The translations under genes and the position numbers were made by a program. A model generated the notes under the pieces. It had not been told where the DNA came from. It saw only the letters and a list, made by a program, of their open reading frames with translations, and searched no databases. DNA of 64,000 bases from Pristiophorus japonicus (taxonomy: Eukaryota). The stretch lies in contig NC_091979.1 of NCBI RefSeq assembly GCF_044704955.1, positions 319,300,001 through 319,364,000 of the forward strand. Direction: 5' to 3'. Position 1 is the stretch's first letter; each line of letters begins with the position of its first letter. This document shows, one piece after another, positions 50,611 to 61,790 of this stretch.

Positions 50611-51107
50611 TGAGAAGGCAGATTGCAAAACAGTTATGGTTAGTTTTGTTGAACAGGTTAAGTTTCTAATTTCTCAATCAGGAAACAAATAATCTGGATA
50701 ATAGAATAACATACACAACAAATCAGTTGTTGGCTCCGTTACCCCTTTGTAACTGACTTTGTGGTCCCGATTTTAACTCCCCCCCTACCTGGCGAAAACC
50801 GACAGGCAGGCAGTTAAAATGGAGTGGGGTAATTGCTATGTAACCAGGCCGATGGAACTTGAGTTTCCCTGTGTCCATTCTCGTGAGCATTTTGTCTGCC
50901 TCTCCGGACCCGAGCCCATCACTTCTACTTGTGCTTTTCACTGACACTTTATTTATTTTTGTTTCCCCCTCCTTGATCCCTCACTTCTGTCGACGTGTCT
51001 CCTATCATTTCTCCCCTCTCGGGTACTCGGCCCTCCCAATTCCCTACTCCAATCCGACAGCTCACCTCCACCTTCCTGCACTCATGCTGCCCTCACAGGT
51101 TTGACTG

Positions 51108-54100
51108 TGTTATGTATGCTTGCTTGTATTGTTTTATGGTGTTTGTAACACTGAATGTACCTTACACTGTACACACCTTACTGTACACCAGAGGGTGCTG
51201 CTGCTGGAGACCTAAGGGTTGCCTACACACTGCAGGTAACCCAGTCTAAAAGGGAGCTCACAGCTTGGTGTCCCAACTCAGGAGCTGCAAATAAAGGACT
51301 ACAGTGTACACAGTTTAAGTACCATACCCTGCCTCGTGGAGTCATTACCAAAGGTGCCTGCATACACTGCAATTGGCGACGAGGTCACGAACTACATGCT
51401 CAGCATGTCGAATCTCAGCAACTTTCAGCAATTTACCGATGGGGAAGATTGGGATACTTTTGTAGAAAGATTGGAACATTTCTTCATAGCCAACGACCAG
51501 GATGGGGACACACTGGCTACACGACTGAAAGCGCAGGGCCATCCTGCTTAGCAGTTGTGGGCCCACCATCCATTGTCTCGTCAGGGACTTGCTAGCCCCT
51601 GTGAAGACAACCACCAACAGCTATGAGGAACTTGTAACACTAATACAGGAGCAAGTAAAACCAAAAGAAAGCATCCTCACAGCCAGGCACCGGTTCTTCA
51701 CTTACCGGCGACCCGAAGGCCAGGAAATTACTAAGTATGCTGCACATTTAAGAAGACTAGCTGCACCGTGTGATTTTGGAGACCACCTGAATGAAGCACA
51801 AAGGGACATATTTGTCATCGGAATCGGTCATGAAGGCCTCCTACACAAATTGCTCTCTGCTGACATCGCAGTCACCCTGCAGAAAGCAATTCAAGTGAGC
51901 CAGGCCTACATGGCTTCGGCCGGCGACTCCAGGCGAATACTGACCCAGGACTCTAAACCGCCGAGCGCAGTGCACCGCATGGACACTTCTAAAGGCAGAA
52001 ATGCTGCCCCGAGTTCCGTAACCCTGGTCCGCCACATGGGGCAAACCGGATAGCCCCGTGCTGGCGCTGTGGAGGAAACCACAGGGCCCACCAGTGCCGC
52101 TACAAAGACTAGACATGCAAAAGCTGCAAAGAGAAAGGGCACCTTCAAAGGATGTGTAGAAAAAGCTTTACTCACTGCGTCACTGAAGAGGAGGCTGATC
52201 ACCGGGGCTCCGACACAGATGAAGATGAAGCTGCTCAACCCCTGGAACAAAAGAATGGAGATAATACCTGCTCCACTGAAAGTTCTCTGTGGACGATGGA
52301 AATCTACATCGGTGGGGTCCCAGTTTCCATGGAGATCGACACAGGGCCGAGCCAGTCTGTGATGAGCCAAACGACCTTTGAAAAAATTTGGATGAATCCC
52401 ACCACTCGACCAAAACTGTCTCCTGTCCAGGCGCAGCTGCTCACCTACACCAAAGGTAAAATCCAAATCGTTGGCAGCGTGAATGTCCAGGTCTCTCAGG
52501 GCGACGTGTTGAACAAACTCTCCCTGTGGATCGTTGCCGGAGATGGTCCCACACTGCTGGGAAGGAATTGGATGAACCCGGTCCAAATCAGGGGAAGTGG
52601 CGACGGCCTCCAGGCTCCAGCAATCGACATCCCACGCAGCCCCGAACATGGATCCATCGTTGCATCGAGAGATCCCAGCGACCAGTCGACTGCAGGGTGA
52701 CGACTCCACAACACCGTGACAAGATCTCAGGAACCGAAAATCCAACCTTCATCTTCCAGGCCAGGGCAGGACTCCAAGAGGTGAACATCATCGAAAGAAG
52801 TGGATTCCCGACGTCCATGGCCAAACCTGAGGAAGAAAAGATCACCACAACCGACCTGGAGGAGAGCCAGAAGATAGCTGCCTCACCACGAGGAAAAAAA
52901 CCTAAAATCAAAATGGCCGGGACCAGACCACGAGGGGCCGCATTGGAGGAGCGACACGTGACATCGAGCGGCCAATCGGATTTGAAGGCTCCCTTAAAGG
53001 AGACCGGTAACCAAAAAAATTTAAAGGGGCAGTTTCAACTTAAAGATGACAGGGACTTTAAAACTAAAAATGCAGTAAAAGGGTGGACGTATGATAATGT
53101 AACCATGAATTGTGATGCTGGTGTAACTAATGTGAAAAATAAAATGAATGCTTGTGTAAGTAAGTTTAGGAACAAGCTTGTTATGTGTGATGATTATGGC
53201 AGGGAGTTTGAAATACCTAATGTAACCATGTCTGGTGAGACCATGATACCAAAAAGTGATGCAAATGCTGTTATTAACAATGTAAAGGCAGTCAATAATA
53301 TAGACTCAACTATGTATGATCAGAGCTAGGGTGTCATGTATACAGGTAGGACACTGTTAAAGCACACAGTGTTCGACAGGGACCATGCAAATGCTAGAGG
53401 AATCCCCCCATGGGAGACCCCCAGGTCCAGTTGGCTACCAGACCATGTAGCCTGGATCTTTGGAACGAGTGTGATGCCCCAGGAAGGACACACACACACC
53501 CAGCACACCCAGTGGAAGCAGACCCACTACAGGGACAGTGGTCAATGGGCAACACAGCCACCACCACTGGCAACCTGCCCCAGACCAGCCCTACACCCCC
53601 TGGCCACCAGGGCCAACACCAGGAGCAAGAGGCCAATACCCTCCAGCTTTCCTGGCAAACCCTGGGATGACCAGACTCTCATCCCAATTGGAGGACAAGG
53701 AGCCCACACAGTCCTGTGGTCCTGCCCACCACCACACAACTACCCACATCTCAGAATATGCACCCTACCCACTGCTGCAATGGCTACCTCACTGAGGGAT
53801 CCCACAACAGTGACACCCACATGGTCTGTGTGAGGGGTGGGGGGGAAATATATGAGGCCAGCCTTAAGAACAGGGATCACACCTGGCACCCACACAACCC
53901 TCACTACACCTAGCACCCACACAACCCTCACCACAACCTCCCATAACCCACTACCGATCACTTCCCCAGGTCATTACAATAAGGACTTGAAAAATGCTTA
54001 GGGGGGAGTGTTGTTATGTATGCTTGCTTGTATTGTTATATGATGTTTGTATCACTGAATGTACCTTACACTGTACACACCTTACTGTACACCAGAAGGT

Positions 54101-54276
54101 GCTGCTGCTGGAGACCTAAGGGTTACCTACACACTGCGGGTAACCCAGTCTAAAAGGGAGCTCACAGCTTGGTGTCCTCACTCGAGGAGCTGCAAATAAA
54201 GGACTGCAGTGTACACAGTTTAAGTACCATACCCTGCCTCATCGAGTCATTACCAAAGGTGCCTGCATACACCACA
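51108..54276 (+). mobile_element. Non-autonomous Gypsy LTR element (gag + protease; no RT or IN)
   Basis: LTRs 51108..51371 and 54012..54276 (TG...CA); PBS TGGCGACGAGG (tRNA-Ser) at 51374; gag EDWDTFVERLEHFF..RRLAAPCDFG; knuckle CWRCGGNHRAHQC; protease MEIDTG..GPTLLGRNW; PPT at ~54000. Confidence 0.9.
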
Positions 54277-55390
54277 GTAACGGCTCCCCAGTTTATGACC
54301 TGGACCAGCCAGGATCCCACGTTACTGCCTGCTAACGGCAAACCGCTAGACGGGATGTTGCAGCTTATCCGTCGCAAACACAGGTTGCTCATCCCATCAG
54401 ATTGGCTTCTATGGGGCAATCCTGCTACGTTGCAAAGAAAGGGAGGGAGGCTATACATAGTTGGTGGTCCGGGCCTCCATACCATGGCCCAGGATTGACG
54501 GGGACCCTCCCACGACCACTGAAAGTCTCAAGTCCATATCAGCCATCCTTGGCTTGCCAGACCTCAGGGTCAGAGACAATAGTCCAGAGCGGGCAGCCCA
54601 AATCATAAAGCCAAGCACCACACGTGTCACGGTAGACTCTCCACAGACCCAGATATCTCGGGTGCTACGCAGTTACCAGACAGAATCACTCAGAACCGTG
54701 CTTTCCTTATGCTATCAGCAGAGAATGCACCACGATCGCATGGCTCCTCCACGCGACATCAGAATAAATGATGTAGACCATGTTCAAGGCCCCAGATGGG
54801 CTGCTAGCACTGTATTAGCCAACGAGGGGAATGGAGTGTTTGTGATAAAAATGGAACGTTTGTTGTGGAACCATGTACTGGGCAAACGCACAGAGCATTT
54901 GGACCAGACCCAACTGCGAACTACAGATAAACAGGAACCACAGGAACCACTGGCCCCCAGCAACACACTAACCACAAGTGACCTCGCCGTCAACCACGAG
55001 GATGAACCCACCATGCCCATCAGTCCGATCAGACCAGCCGCGTGGCCGTGCAGCAACGATCAGACCAACTCACCCATGCCAGGACTTCAACTCAGGCGAT
55101 CGACCCGGGGACGCGGGGTGCCAGATCACCTCAACTTGCAAATAACTTGTACATAAGACTTTGGGGGGGGAGCGATGTTATGTATCTATGTAAACCTCAC
55201 CAATATGTAAGACTTGCCACTAGGGGGCATACCTGTGGGAGACCTAAGGGTCACCTGTGCACCCTGAGCAAGCAGGTATAAAAGGTCATTCACCATGCTG
55301 TCTCCTCACTCTGGAGTCTGAATAAAGAGACCAAGGTCACAACAGTTTGAGCTCACAATACAGTCTTGTGGAGTTATTCTGAACATAACA
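54277..55390 (+). mobile_element. Second Gypsy family: integrase remnant, PPT and 3' LTR (55176..55390)
   Basis: NGSPV/NSPERA/HLDQ/LRRSTR remnants; G-rich PPT; LTR tgttatgt...acataaca. Confidence 0.8.
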
Positions 55391-55519
55391 AGACTCATTT
55401 CCAGATTCTTGTTTTTTTGGCTCTAAGCCAAAGGAGACCACCTGAACCTTTTCATTTGAAACTGGTTCAATCTCTCAGTGCAAAGCTTTTATGAGAGGAA
55501 GATTCAAGGGGAATAATTC

Positions 55520-56870
55520 ATCCTATTTGGAAGAAACATCGGGCCTAAGTTTCCACACACGCCTAGAACGGCGCAGTCCCGACCTGGACGCCCGTTTTTC
55601 GCGCCACAAAGTGCGCCTAAAAAAATCCTCGGTATTCTCCACCTCCCTGCAGGTCCTCTGGCCCTCGCGCAGCGCAGCACGAGCTGTGGTGGGCGGAGCC
55701 ATGTCCCTGCGCTGAAAACAGTGCCGGGACCTCTGCACATGCGCGCTATAGTGGGCACGCAAGTGCAGTAGCTCCAGGCGCCCGAAGCACGCAGCCCCTA
55801 GCCCTGGCCGAATGGCCTCACTGGAGCTGCGTGAATAAGGCTCCTCCCCCGGCCAGCTCCTGCTTCCCCCACCCCCCGACCGGACCCGACCCGATCCGAC
55901 CCGCGCTCCTGCTCCCCCCCACCCCCGAATGGACCCGACCCGACCCGACTCCCGCCCCCCAACCTGACCCCCCCGACCCTCCGACTGGACCCCCCCCGAC
56001 TCGATTCCCACCCCCCCCCCAACCCGACCGGACTCCCGCTTCCGCTCCCGCTCCGCCCCCCGCCGACTGGACCTGACCCGCGCTCCTGCTCCCGCTCCCC
56101 GCCCCCCCACCCCGACTCGACCCGACCCGATCTGACACGACTCGACTCCCGCTCCCCCCCCCGCCCCCAGACTGGATCCGACCTGACCTCCCCCTCCCCG
56201 ACCTGACCTCTNNNNNNNNNNNNNNNNNNNNNNNNNNNNNNNNNNNNNNNNNNNNNNNNNNNNNNNNNNNNNNNNNNNNNNNNNNNNNNNNNNNNNNNNN
56301 NNNNNNNNNNNNNNNNNNNNNNNNNNNNNNNNNNNNNNNNNNNNNNNNNNNNNNNNNNNNNNNNNNNNNNNNNNNNNNNNNNNNNNNNNNNNNNNNNNNN
56401 NNNNNNNNNNNNNNNNNNNNNNNNNTCTCTCTCACCCTCCCCCCTCTCTCTCCCCCCCTCCCCACTCTCTCTCTCTCCCTGCCCCCCTCTCTCTCCCTCC
56501 CTCCCTACCCCCCCCCTCTCTCTCCCTCCCTCCCCCCCCCCGCTCTCTCTCCCTCCCTCCCTCCCCCCGACCCGAACCGAACCGAACCTCCCCGACCCAA
56601 CGCCACCTACCTGTAAATCTGGTGCTGGGGACGGGCCCTGCCTGAAGTCTCGGGCCGGCCCGTTCAGCCTTCGGTCCCGAAAGGCCTGCCTGAAGCACTT
56701 TCACACAGGTTGGGAGATGGTTTATTTAATCTTTTCTTTGCTTATAAATGTTTATTCAGGTTGGATTTATTTGTATAATATTTGTATAAGTATAAATAAG
56801 GATTTATTATAGAATTTAATGACTTCCCTTCCCTGTCCCTCCCCCCCCCACCTCGTTCTGGACGCCTAAT
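55520..56870. mobile_element. GC-rich non-autonomous DNA-transposon-like repeat containing low-complexity ccga/ccct tracts
   Basis: gggcctaagtttccac terminus resembling the Harbinger ends elsewhere in the window; family assignment tentative. Confidence 0.45.
56212..56425. other. Assembly gap (N run)
   Basis: 214 N. Confidence 1.
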
Positions 56871-57790
56871 TTGTCTTTACCATCCACCTCACCAGCCTAT
56901 TCATTCATCGGATCATCCTGCACCATTCCTGCCCCCTCCAGCGTGATTCCACCACCAAACACATCTTCCCCTCCCCTTTCAGCATTCCGAAGTGACCGTT
57001 CCCTCCTCAATCACCCCCAGCACTGCTCCCCTTCCCACAGCACGTCCTGTGCAAACGCAGGAGATGTAAGACCAGCCCTTTCATGTCCTCCCTTCCCACC
57101 GTTCAGGGCCCCAAGCACTCATTCCAGGCCAATCAGCGATTTACTTCTCCTTCTTTCAATTTCACAAACTGTATTTGTTGCTTACGATGCGCTCTGATCT
57201 ACACTGGGGACACCAAACGCAGATTGGATGAACCCTCCGACGAACCCTTCTGTTCAGTCCACAAGCGTGACCCTGAGCTTCCGGTCACAATTAGTTATAA
57301 ATCTCCCTCCCACTCCCACTCTGACCTCTCTGTCCTCGGCCTCTGACATTGTTCCAATGAAGCCCAACAGTAACTCGGGGAACAACACCTCATCTTTGGA
57401 TTACCATCTTCAGAGCCTTCCGGTCTCAACATTGAGTTGATCAATTTCACTGCTCCCACATTTTCAAACAGGTCATGGCTCTGCTGTTGCCATTTACAGC
57501 TCCTCTAGAACCATCTTTTGTTTCTTTACTTGTTCCATTACCACCCCCTTTTGCCTTGCACCATCATCCCTTTTGCCATTTGATCACTTCTGCCTTCCAC
57601 CTATCACAAACCTTCCCTTTTGTTCCTTCTGGCCCTCACCCCTCCTTTCCCTGCCTCTGTACTTTCTGAAAAACCATTACATCTCGAACATTTTCCAGTT
57701 CTGATGAAAGGTCACCGGCCTGCAACATTTCTCTCTCCACAGATGTTGCACGATCTGCTGAGTATTTCCAGCATTTTCTGTTTTTATTTA
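56870..57790 (+). mobile_element. Penelope-like element 3' part (GIY-YIG endonuclease relic and terminal repeat)
   Basis: GPKHSFQANQRFT...CICCLRCALIYTGDTKRRL; terminal ctgatgaaaggtca...ctctccacagatg...ctgctgagtatttccagc. Confidence 0.85.
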
Positions 57791-57989
57791 TTGAACCTAT
57801 CGGCTCAGATACAATCAGATAGCACAATACAAGCTTCACTGCTGCATTCCAATATTTATCTATTGTTACTGTTGATCATCTGGTCCCTTTCAATTGGGAT
57901 TGATTCCTCGAGATCTGATTGGTCCTTAGGAATCAAATGACCCACAACTCTGTTGTTCTTCTGCCAATACTTTGGTTGATGGGATCATG

Positions 57990-58203
57990 TGACCCATATC
58001 ATTAATACTGCTCTAGTGATCTGATTGGTCTGTGGGAACATGTAACCCGCGGGAGGGGACTAATTGGCCTGTTTTCTTTCAATAATGACAGACAATCTGA
58101 TTCCTTGTTTAAACAGGCCCTGCTCCCACCTCGGCCTCACCAGTCAGGGCCAGAAGTGTCCCCCTCGAGGGCTTCAGGCTCATGTTCCCCGCCCTTCTTA
58201 CTG
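57990..58203. repeat. ~210-bp segment duplicated at 59891..60113
   Basis: Shared gtgacccatatcattaatactgctctagtgatctgattggtctgtgggaacatg...cccgcccttcttactgtg. Confidence 0.9.
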
Positions 58204-58587
58204 TGTGAAGATGCCTTTGTACATTTAAAATGTATGAATACAGCTGCACTAAGCGGGCTGCAAAGGATCAGGAACTCAGCTCTGTGGCCTGAGGGTGGGG
58301 GAATGTCCTGGAAGTGACCACCCCCTTTACACTCACGGCCCTGATCCTGGGATTGGGGATGGTGTCAGTGCGAGGGCAGACTGCTGGTCAGGACGTGCTG
58401 CTCCAGCACAGTTCCAGTGGCTCAGCAGTCTGACTAGACTCTCCAGTTCTAGGCGTTACCGACACTGAGATCAATTTACCATGGAGATGTCACTGAAACA
58501 TGTTGTATAACTGCATTCCAGAGGAGTTGATGAGTGATATGGTCAGAAGGCAGAGAGAAAAGCCGTGGTGGTTAGTTATATTTAACA

Positions 58588-58733
58588 GTTTCAGTAAATA
58601 GTTTCACATTGAGAAAACAAATAGCTGGAAATTATAACACACCGAGTACTGATCTCAATCAACTCACCATTGGAGGGAAAGCTGAAGAAGGAATTTGCCG
58701 CATTTTCCATTCGATTCGCATTATGAGGTATAG
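58588..58733 (+). promoter_or_regulatory. Candidate IFIT promoter and exon 1 (ISRE-like halves, TATA, ATGAG|GT)
   Basis: agtttcagta and agtttcacat at 58588-58611; attataa at 58631; ATGAG at 58723-58727 followed by GTATAG, in phase with the IFIT exon-2 acceptor (ag|C AAC). Confidence 0.4.
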
Positions 58734-58875
58734 ATCATTGGAATTCCTTCTGTATTTAAATTTACATTCAGACGATTGAATGAGGAGTTTTCTTTCAGGA
58801 ATAAAATAGCATACTCAATAGTATACAACGAAGCAGTTGAAATGCACAGAGCTGGGATAATTTGCTCACAGTGGG

Positions 58876-59190
58876 AACATAAGAACATAAGAATTCGGAG
58901 CAGGAGTAGGCCATAGGATGCCTCGAACCTGCTCCGCCATTCAATAAGATCATGGCTGATCTTCTACCTCAACCCCATTGTCCCACTCTGTCCCCATACC
59001 CCTTGATTCCTTTAATGTCCAAAAACTATTGATTTCAGTTTTGAATATACACAACTGCTGAGCATCCGCAGCCCTCTGGGCTCGAGAACTCGAAAGGTTC
59101 ACAACCCTCTGAGTGAAGAACGTTCTTTTCATCTCAGTCCCAAATGTCCCAATCTTTTTCCTGAGACTATGACCCCTAGTTCTAGACGCT
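58876..59190 (-). mobile_element. CR1 3' fragment
   Basis: SRTRGHSL..FFTQRVVNL; aacataag tail. Confidence 0.85.
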
Positions 59191-60639
59191 CCGGCTCCCC
59201 ACATTCCCCCCAACCCCTGCCCCCTCTCTTGCACTCCGAGGGAAGTGGAGTGCTTGATTTATTGCTCTACTTCCCTCTTGGAGTAAATTTGGGAATTTCT
59301 CAAATGATTGAAAAGACTAACGCCTGGCTCTAACTTTTCAAACATTTTTCACTGAGCTCCCCAAACTGGACCCCAGGGGAATTTCTATCCCATTGTTCCA
59401 GAAAACTGTCTCAAACGCATTTCATAAATTGTCCTCAAAACTACTTTTGCCATTTTGGGTTGCCCAGTATATATGAAGATTAAAGTCCCCACGATTACTG
59501 CATTACTCTCGTTACATGCTCCTCTAATTTACTGATTTATATTCTGTCCAACACTGTTATGGGGCCTATAAACTACTCACACCAATATTTCTGTCCATTG
59601 CTATTTCTTTGCTTCAACCAAACTGATTCTACATCCTGATTTTCTGGGCTAAGATCCTTATTCACTGCTGTCCTTATCTCATCCTTTATTATCAGGGCTA
59701 CCCCCGCCCTTTTCTATTTCAACTATCTTTCTTAAAAGGCAAGTACCCTGGAACATTTAGTTTCCAGTCTTGGTCACCCTGTAACCACGCCTCAGTACTG
59801 GCAACTAAATCACACACATTTATCTCTATGTATGCCATTAGTTCATCTATCTTGTTTCATGACGTCATCTCTGGATGCATCGCCCCGGTAGTGACCCATA
59901 TCATTAATACTGCTCTAGTGATCTGATTGGTCTGTGGGAACATGAAACCCATGGCCGGGGTACTAACTGGTCTGTTTTCTTTCAATAATGACAGACACTC
60001 TGATTCCTGTTTAAACAGGCCCTGCTCCCACCTCGGCCTCACCAATCAGGGCCAGAAGTGTCTCCTTCGAGGGCTTCAGGCTGTTAGTCTCATGTTCCCC
60101 GCCCTTCTTACTGTGCCTGCGGACGTGGGGTGCGTACCGCGATCGGTCAGTCTTGCACTCTGCTTGAGTGCTGGGCTGATTGCATGACACCCGCACTCCC
60201 CATTGGTCGAGGTAAGTTAAAACATTAATTCAGAGTTTGCAGCCTGGGCCCTTGCTGTTAATTCAGGGAAGAGCCCCTACAATGCAGCAGTGCCATGTGT
60301 CATAGTGCATAGTGCTGCTGAGCCGTGCGCCTCGCTCACAATCTTCCCCCCATCTTGCGCTCCAAGAAGGAAGTGGACCGATTTAGTGCTCCACTGCCCT
60401 CGGAGCAAAAAGTGGGAATTTCAGAGAAGCTGGAAGAAGATAGCTCCTGGCTCTAACTTTTCCAGCTTTCCTGATTTAGCGTGTCAAACGGGACCCGAGG
60501 GGAATTTCTAACTCGCCTTTAATTTTAACTTTTTACTATTTTTCCCTGATGTGACCTTAATCACGAGAGCCCTATGACCTTTGTTAACCTCTCTCGGTTA
60601 GAAATTCATCATAGCCTAGAATGGGCGGTAGGATTAGAA

Positions 60640-61790
60640 AAGTTTGAGGGGTCGAAATTCGGTCGCGCCGTTTTTGAGGCGGTATCACGGTTTAAATGGA
60701 GATTTTACCACCAGGCGGCAGTTGCCGTCATCAACCGTGAAATTTAGTTTTGCTGCCTGAAAAGGGGATTGCAGGGTTAAAGCAGGTGTTGCATGCTCCC
60801 CAGGAGGTGGCAAACGGCGGTAAATGGGGTGGAAAGTGAGGCAGCAACACCCAGACGGCAATTATCATTTGTAAATGTGCCACAGACACACTCCCGCCAC
60901 CTGCATTCAATTGAGGCGGTGATTGGGTGTGGCACCGCCTTGTGCGTACACTGGCTTCCTACGCACTCACTCACAGGGTGAAGATTACAGATGCAGCCGC
61001 AGCTCGCCAGCGAGCTCTCCGCTTCTCCGACACCGCTATCGATGAACTGCTTGATACCCTGGAGAGGCGTCGAGAATTACTTCGGACAGAGGCTGGCAGC
61101 AGGCCACAACCCCAAACATTTCGAAAGCTCTGGTGGGAAGTCGCTGAAATAATGTCAGTGAGTGACACGGACCCCAGGACAGTGACCCATGTCACAAGTA
61201 GTGTCAGTGAGCGACACGGTGCCCAGGACAGCGACCCATGTCACAAGTAGTGTCATTGAGTGACACGGTGCCCAGGACAGCGACCCATGTCATAAGAACG
61301 ACATGACTCGGTTCTGAGGGTGAGTATATTTTACATTAACCTGACCATGCCACGCTCTGAGCTCAATGTGCAGTCTCTCCTCAATGTGAATGTGTCTGAC
61401 TCCATGCTCTATGTGGGTGAGACCAGATACAAGGTTCCCATTTGCAGCCTCACCCACTCCAAGGCCTGCATGCACAATTAACCTTCCTACTCCCTTGTGG
61501 ACACCCACCCCTCATCCTGTTACCTCCTCAGTCTTCAGATGTATCTGGAAGATGCTATCCTCACAGTAACTGTTAGGTCCTGGCTCCCCTTCATTCAAGC
61601 ATTGCCACAAGTACTCGGAGCTAATGGAAGTTACATCAAACTTTACAGAGTCTCAGACACTAACATGTTCTGAACTATGTAAGGCACTTCAGACAGACAG
61701 ATAGAAGGCACTAATTATGACGTTCTTTTTAATCTTGCAGGCCAAGTTTGCACAGATTGAAAGAGACCAGATGCGGAATGGAGGAGGGGA
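60640..61790 (+). mobile_element. Harbinger Myb/SANT-like gene relic with an intron
   Basis: RFSDTAIDELLDTLERRRELL...LWWEVAE; acceptor tcttgcag|AKFAQIERDQMRNGGG at 61741. Confidence 0.75.

Noticed and set aside
55798-56704. Gly/Arg-rich ORFs around the gap
   Set aside because: Low-complexity sequence and N run
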